In this document: one piece after another, positions 58,188 through 64,000 of the stretch | Position numbering within the stretch: the first letter of the stretch is position 1 | How the letters are laid out: every line of letters starts with the position of its first letter | Notes under the pieces: model-generated | Seen by the model: the letters and a program-made list of their open reading frames with translations, nothing else | Told to the model about the DNA's origin: nothing | Database searches by the model: none | Source: the human T2T-CHM13v2.0 reference genome, Homo sapiens | DNA: 64,000 bases | NCBI RefSeq assembly: GCF_009914755.1 | Contig: NC_060931.1 | Reading direction: 5' to 3' (one strand) | Translations under genes and position numbers: made by a program

Positions 58188-61100
58188 TTTCTTTTTTTTC
58201 CTTTTTTATTTTACATGTGCATAATGTGCAGTTTATTACATAAGTATATATGTGCCATAGTGGTTTGCTGCACCCATCAACCCATCATCTACATTAGGTA
58301 TTTTTCCTATGGCTATCCCTCCCCTTGCCCCCCACCCCCAACAGGCCCCAGTGTGTGATGATCCCCTCCCTGTGCCCATGTGTTCTCATTGTTCAACTCC
58401 CACTTATGAGTGAGAATATACAATGTTTGGTTTTCTGTTCCTGTGTTAGTTTGCTGAGAATGATAGTTTCTAGCTTCATCCATGTCCCTGCAAAGGGCAT
58501 GAACTCATTCTTTTTTATGGCTTCATAATACTCAATGGTGTGTATGTGCCACATTTTCTTTATCCAGTCTCTCCATGATGGACATTTGTGTTAGTTCCAA
58601 GTCTTTGCTATTGTGAACAGTGCTGCAATAAACATACATGTGCATGTGTCTTTATAGTAGAATGATTTAAAATCATTTGGGTATATACTCAGTAATGAGA
58701 TCACTGGGTCAAATGGTATTTCTAGTTGTAGGTCCTTGAGGAATCGTCACACTGTCTTCAACAATGGTTGAAGTAATTTACACTCCAACCAACAGTGTAA
58801 AAGCATTCCTATTACTCCACATCCTCTCTAGCATCTGTTGTTTCCTGACTTTTTAATGATCATCATTTTAATGGCATGAGTTGGTATGTCATTGTGGTTT
58901 TTATTTGCATTTCTCTAATGATCAGTGATGATAAGCTTTTTTCCTATGTTTGTTGGCCACTTAAGTGTCTTCTTTTGAGAAATGTCTGTTCACATCCTTC
59001 GCCCACTTTTTGATGGGGTTGTTTTTTTATTTTCTTGCAAATTTGTTTAAGTTCCTTCTAGATTCTGGATGTTAGCCCTTTGTCAGATGGAAAGTTTGCA
59101 AAAATTTTCTCCCATTATGTAGGTTGCCTGTTCACTCTGATGATAGTTTATTTTGCTGTGCAGAAGCTCTTTAGTTTCATTAGTTCACATTTGTCAATTT
59201 CAGCTTTTGTTGCCATTGCTTTTGGTGATTTAGTCATGAAGTCTTTGCCCATGCCTGTGTCCTGAATGGTATTGCCTAGGTTTTCGCCTAGGGTTTTTAT
59301 GGTTTTAGGTCTTACATTTAAATCTTTAATCTATCTTGAGCTAATTTTTGTATAAGGTAAAAGGAAAGGATCCAGTTTCAGTTCTCTGCATATAGCTAGC
59401 CAGTTTTCCCAACACCATTTATTAAATAGGGAATCCTTTCCCCATTGCTTGTTTTTGTCAGGTTTGTCAAATATCAGATGGTTGTAGATGTGTGGTGTTA
59501 TTTCTGAGGCCTCTGTTCTGTTCCATTGGCCTACATATCTGTTTTGGTACCAGTACCATGCTGTTTTGGTTACTGTAGCCTTGCAGTATAGTTTGAAGTC
59601 AGGTAGCGTGATGCCTCCAGCTTTGTTCTTTTTGCTTAGGATTGTCTTGGCTATATGGGCTCTTTTTGGTTCCATAACAAATTTAAAATAGCTTTTTCTA
59701 ATTCTGTGAAGAAAGTCCATGATACCTTGATGGGGATAGCATTGAATCTACAAATTAATTTGCACAGTATGGCCATTATCATGATATTGATTCCTCCTAT
59801 CCATGAGCATGGAATGTTTTTCCATTTGTTTGTGTCCTCTCTTATTTCCTTGAGCAGTGGTTTGTAGTTCTCCTTGAAGTGGTCCTTCACATTGCTTGTA
59901 AGCTGTATTCCTATGTATTCTATTCTCTATGTAGCAATCACTCATGATTTGGCTCTCTGTCTAGTACTGGTGTATAGGAATGTTTGTGATTTTTGCACAT
60001 TATTTTGTATCCTGAGACTTTGCTGACGTTGCTTATCAGCTTAAGGAGTTTTTGAGCTGAGACGATGGGGTTTTCTAAATATACAATCATGTCATCTGCA
60101 AGCAGAGACAATCTGACTTCCTCTCTTCCTATTTGAATACCCTTTATTTCTTTCTCTGGTATGATTGCCCTGGCCAGAACTTCCAATATTATGTTAAATA
60201 GGAGTGGGGAGAGAGGTCATCCTTGTCTTGTGCCGATTTTCAAAGGGAATGCTTCCAGCTTTTGCCCATCCATGATGATACTGGCTGTGGGTTTGTCATA
60301 AACAGCTCTTATTATTTTGAGATACATTCCATCAATACCTCGTTTATTGAGTGTTTTTAGCATGAAGGGGTGTTGAATTTTATCAAAGGCCTTTTCTGCA
60401 TCTATTGAGATAATCATGTGGTTGTTGTAATTGGTTCTGTTTATGCGATAGATCACATTTATTGATTTGCATATGTTGAACCAGCCTTGCATCCCAGGGA
60501 TGAAGCTGACTTGATTGTGGTGTATAAGCTTTTTAATGTGCTGCTGGATTTGGTTTGACGAATTTTGTTGAAGATTTTCACATCAATGTTCATCAGGGAT
60601 ATTGGACTGAAATTTTCTTTTTGTGTGTGTGTCTCTTCCAGGTTTTGCTATCAGAATGATGTTGGCCTCATAAAAAGAGTTAGGGAGGAGTCCCTCTTTT
60701 TCTATTGTTTGGAATAGTTTTAGAAGGAATAGTAGCAGCTCCTCTTTGTACCTCTGTTTAATTCAACTGTGAATCCATCTGGTCCTGGGCTTTTTTTGGA
60801 TGGTAGGCTATTAATTACTGCCTTAATTTCAGAATTTGTTATTGATCTATTCAGGGATTCAACTTCCTCCTGGTTTAATCTTGGGAGAGTGCATGTGTCC
60901 AGGAATTTATCCATTTTTTTCTAGATTTTCTGGTTCATTTGCATAGAGGTGTTTATAGTATTTTCTGATGATAGTTTGTATTTCTGTAAGATCAGCAGTG
61001 ATATCCCCTTTATCGTTTTTTATCGTGTCAATTTGATTCTTCTCTCTTTTATTCTTTATTAGTCTGGCTAGCAGATTATCTATTTTGTTAGTATTTTCAA

Positions 61101-64000
61101 AAAAACAGTTCTTAGATTCATTGATTTTTTGAAGAGTTTTTCATATCTCTATCTTCTTCAGTTCTGCTCTGAATTAGTTATTTCTTGTCCTCTGCTAGCT
61201 TTTGAATTTGTTTGCTCTTGCTTCTCCAAGTCTTTTAATTGTGATGTTAGGGTGTCAATTTTAGATCTTTCCCACTTTCTCCTGTAGGGATTTAGTGCCG
61301 TAAATTTCCCTCTAAACACTGCTTTAGCTGTGTCCCAAAGATTCTGGTAAGTTTTGTCTTTCTTCTCATTGGTTTCAAAGAACTTATTTATTTCTGCCTT
61401 AATTTCGTTATTTACCCACTAGTCATTCAGGAGCAGATTGTTCAGTTTCCATGTAGTTGTGCAGTTTTGAGTGATTTTCTTAATCCTGAGTTCTAATTTG
61501 ATTGCACTGTGGTCTGAGAGACCGTTTGTTACAATTTGTGTTCTTTTGCATTTGCTGAGGAGTGTTTTACTTCCAATTATGTGGTCAATTTTAGAATAAG
61601 TGTGATGTGCTGAGAAGAATGTATATTCTGTTGATTTGGAGTGGAGTGTTCTGTAGATGTCTATCAGGTCCACTTGGTCCAGAGCTAAGTTCAAGTCCTG
61701 AATATCCTTGTTAATTTTCTGTCTCATTGATCTGTCTAATATTGACAGTGGGGTGTTAAAGTCTCCCACTATTATTGTGTGGGAGTCTAAGTCTCTTTGT
61801 AAGTCTCTAAGAACTTGCTTTAAGAATCTGGGAACTCCTCTATTAGGTGCATATATATTTAGGATAGTTAGTGAATCTGGGTGCTCCTCTATTAGATGCA
61901 GATATATTTAGGATAGTTAGCGAATCTGGGTGTTCCTCTATTAGGTGCATATATATTTAGGATAGTTAGCTCTTCTTGTTGCATTGATCCCTTTACCATT
62001 ATGTAATGCCCTTCTTTGTCTTTTTTCTGTTTGTTGGTTTAAAGGCTGTTTTATCAGAGATGAAGATCGCAACCCCTGCTTTTTTTTTTTTTTTTTTTTG
62101 CTTTCCATTTGCTTGGTAAATCTTCCTACAACCCTTTATTTTGAGCCTATGTATGTCTTTGTATGTGAGATAGGTCTCCTGAATACAGCACACTGATAGG
62201 TCTTGACTCTTTATTCAATTTGCCAGTCTGTGTCTTTTAATTGGGGCATTTACCCAAATTGCATTTAAGGTTAATATTGTTACATGTGAATTTGATCCTG
62301 TCGTTATGATGCTAGCTGGTTATTTTGCCCGTTAGTTGATGCGGTTACTTCATAGTGTTGATGGTCTTTACATTTTCATATGTTTTTGCAGTTGCTGGTA
62401 GTGGTTTTTCCTTTCCATATTTAGTGCTTCCTTCAGGAGCTCTTGTAAGGCAGGCCTGGTAGTGACAAAATCCCTCAGCATTTGCTTGTCTGTAAAGGGT
62501 TTTATTTCTCCTTCACTTATGAAGCTTAGTTTGGCTGGATATGAAATTCTGGGTTGAAAGTTCTTTTCTTTAAGAATGTTGAATGTTGACCTCCACTCTC
62601 TTCTGGCTTGTAGGGCTTCTGCAGAGATCTGCTGTTAGTCTGATGGGCTTCCCTTTGTGGGTAACCTGACCTTTCTCTCTGGCTGCCCTTAACATTTTTC
62701 CTTCATTTAAAACTTGGGGTTGCTCTTCTCAAGGTTATCTTCATGGTGTTATCTGTATTTCCTGAATTTGAATGTTGGCCTGTCTTACTAGGTTGGGGAA
62801 GTTCTCCTGGATAATATCCTGATGTGTGTTTTCCAACTTGGTTGCATTCTCCCCATCACTTTCAGGTACACCAATGAAACATAGTTTGGTTTCTACACAC
62901 AGTCCCATGTTTCTTGGAGGCTTTTTTCATTCTTTTCTTTCTTTTTTCTCTAATCTTGTCTTCATGCTTTATTTAATTAAGTTGATCTTCAATCTCTGAT
63001 ATCCTTTCTTCTGCTTGATTTGGCCATTGATACTTGTGTATGTTTCACAAAGTTCTCATGCTGTGTTTTTCAGCTCCATCAGATCATTTATGTTCTTCTC
63101 TAAACTGGTTATTCTAGTTAGTAGTTCCTGTAACCTTTTATCAAGGTTCTTAGCTTCCTTGCATTGAGTTAGAACATACTCCTTTAACTCAGAGGAGTTT
63201 GTTATTACCCACCTTCTGAAGCCTACTTCTGTCAATTAATCAAACTCATTCTCCATCCATTTTTCTTCCCTTGCTGGCGAGGAGTTGTGATCCTTTGGAG
63301 GAGAAGGGGCATTCTAGTTTTTGGAATTTTCAGCTTTTTTGTGCTGGTTTTTCCTCATCCTCATGTGTTTGTCTACCTTTTGTCTTTGAGGTTGGTGACC
63401 TTCAGATGGAGTTTTTGAGTAGTCATCCTTTCAGTTGATGTTGATGCTATTGCTTCCTGCTTGGGAGTTTTCTTTCTAACAGTCAGGCTCCTCTTCTCCA
63501 GGTCTGCTGGAGTTTGCTGGAGTTCACTGGAGTTCACTGGAGTTCCACTCCAGACCCTGTTTGCCTGGGTATCACCAGTGGAGGCTGCAAAACAGCAAAG
63601 ATTACTGCCTGCTCCTTCCTCTGGAAGCTTCATCTGAGAGGGGCACCTGCCAGTTGCTAGCCGGAGCTCTCCCGTATGAGGTGTCTGTTGGCCCCTGTTG
63701 GGAGGTATCTTCCCATCAGGAGGCCTGGGGATCAGGGACCCACTTGAGGAGGCAGTCTATCCCTTAGCAGAGCTCAAGCGCTGTGCTGGTAGAGCCACTG
63801 CTCTCTTCAGAGCCAGCAGGCAGGAACGTTTAAGTACAGCCACCCCTTCCCCCAGGTCCTCTGTCCCAGGGAGATGGGAGTTTTATCCATAAGCCCCTGC
63901 CTGGGGCTGCTGCCTTTCTTTCAGAAATGCCCTGCCCAGAGAGGAGGAATCTAGAGAGGCAGTCTGGCTACAGTGGCTTTGCCGAGCTACGATGGGCTCT
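58188..64000 (-). mobile_element. Near-full-length L1PA7-like element (3'UTR, ORF2, ORF1, 5'UTR running off the window); inactive
   Basis: ORF2 fragments [27 protein letters not shown]; ORF2 start reads ACG (62302-62304); ORF1 ATG at ~63356-63358; multiple stops and indels. Confidence 0.96.
61824..61970. repeat. 49-bp tandem triplication inside the L1 endonuclease region
   Basis: gaatctggg..ctcctctattaggtgcatatatatttaggatagttag starts at 61824, 61873 and 61922. Confidence 0.95.

Overview
AT-rich, CpG-poor human genomic DNA; a consensus-perfect AluYa5 and an L1Hs-lineage 3' end point to human. Much of the window is interspersed repeat: several L1 ORF2/3'UTR remnants (including a near-full-length L1PA7-like copy that runs off the right edge), about 10 Alus, MLT1 LTRs, L2/MIR and hAT/mariner fossils, plus micro- and minisatellites. 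The longer ORFs in the track are L1 or Alu read-outs or low-complexity noise, and no intact protein-coding gene is evident. The best non-repeat signal is a candidate minus-strand promoter/first exon at ~23.08-23.48 kb with a candidate 37-nt downstream exon at 21229-21265; I cannot name the gene. I found no convincing novel biological system. The findings are young insertions, an inverted L1 pair, an AT-rich minisatellite and several local duplication or template-switch scars. Subfamily calls come from remembered consensus sequences, not a RepeatMasker run.
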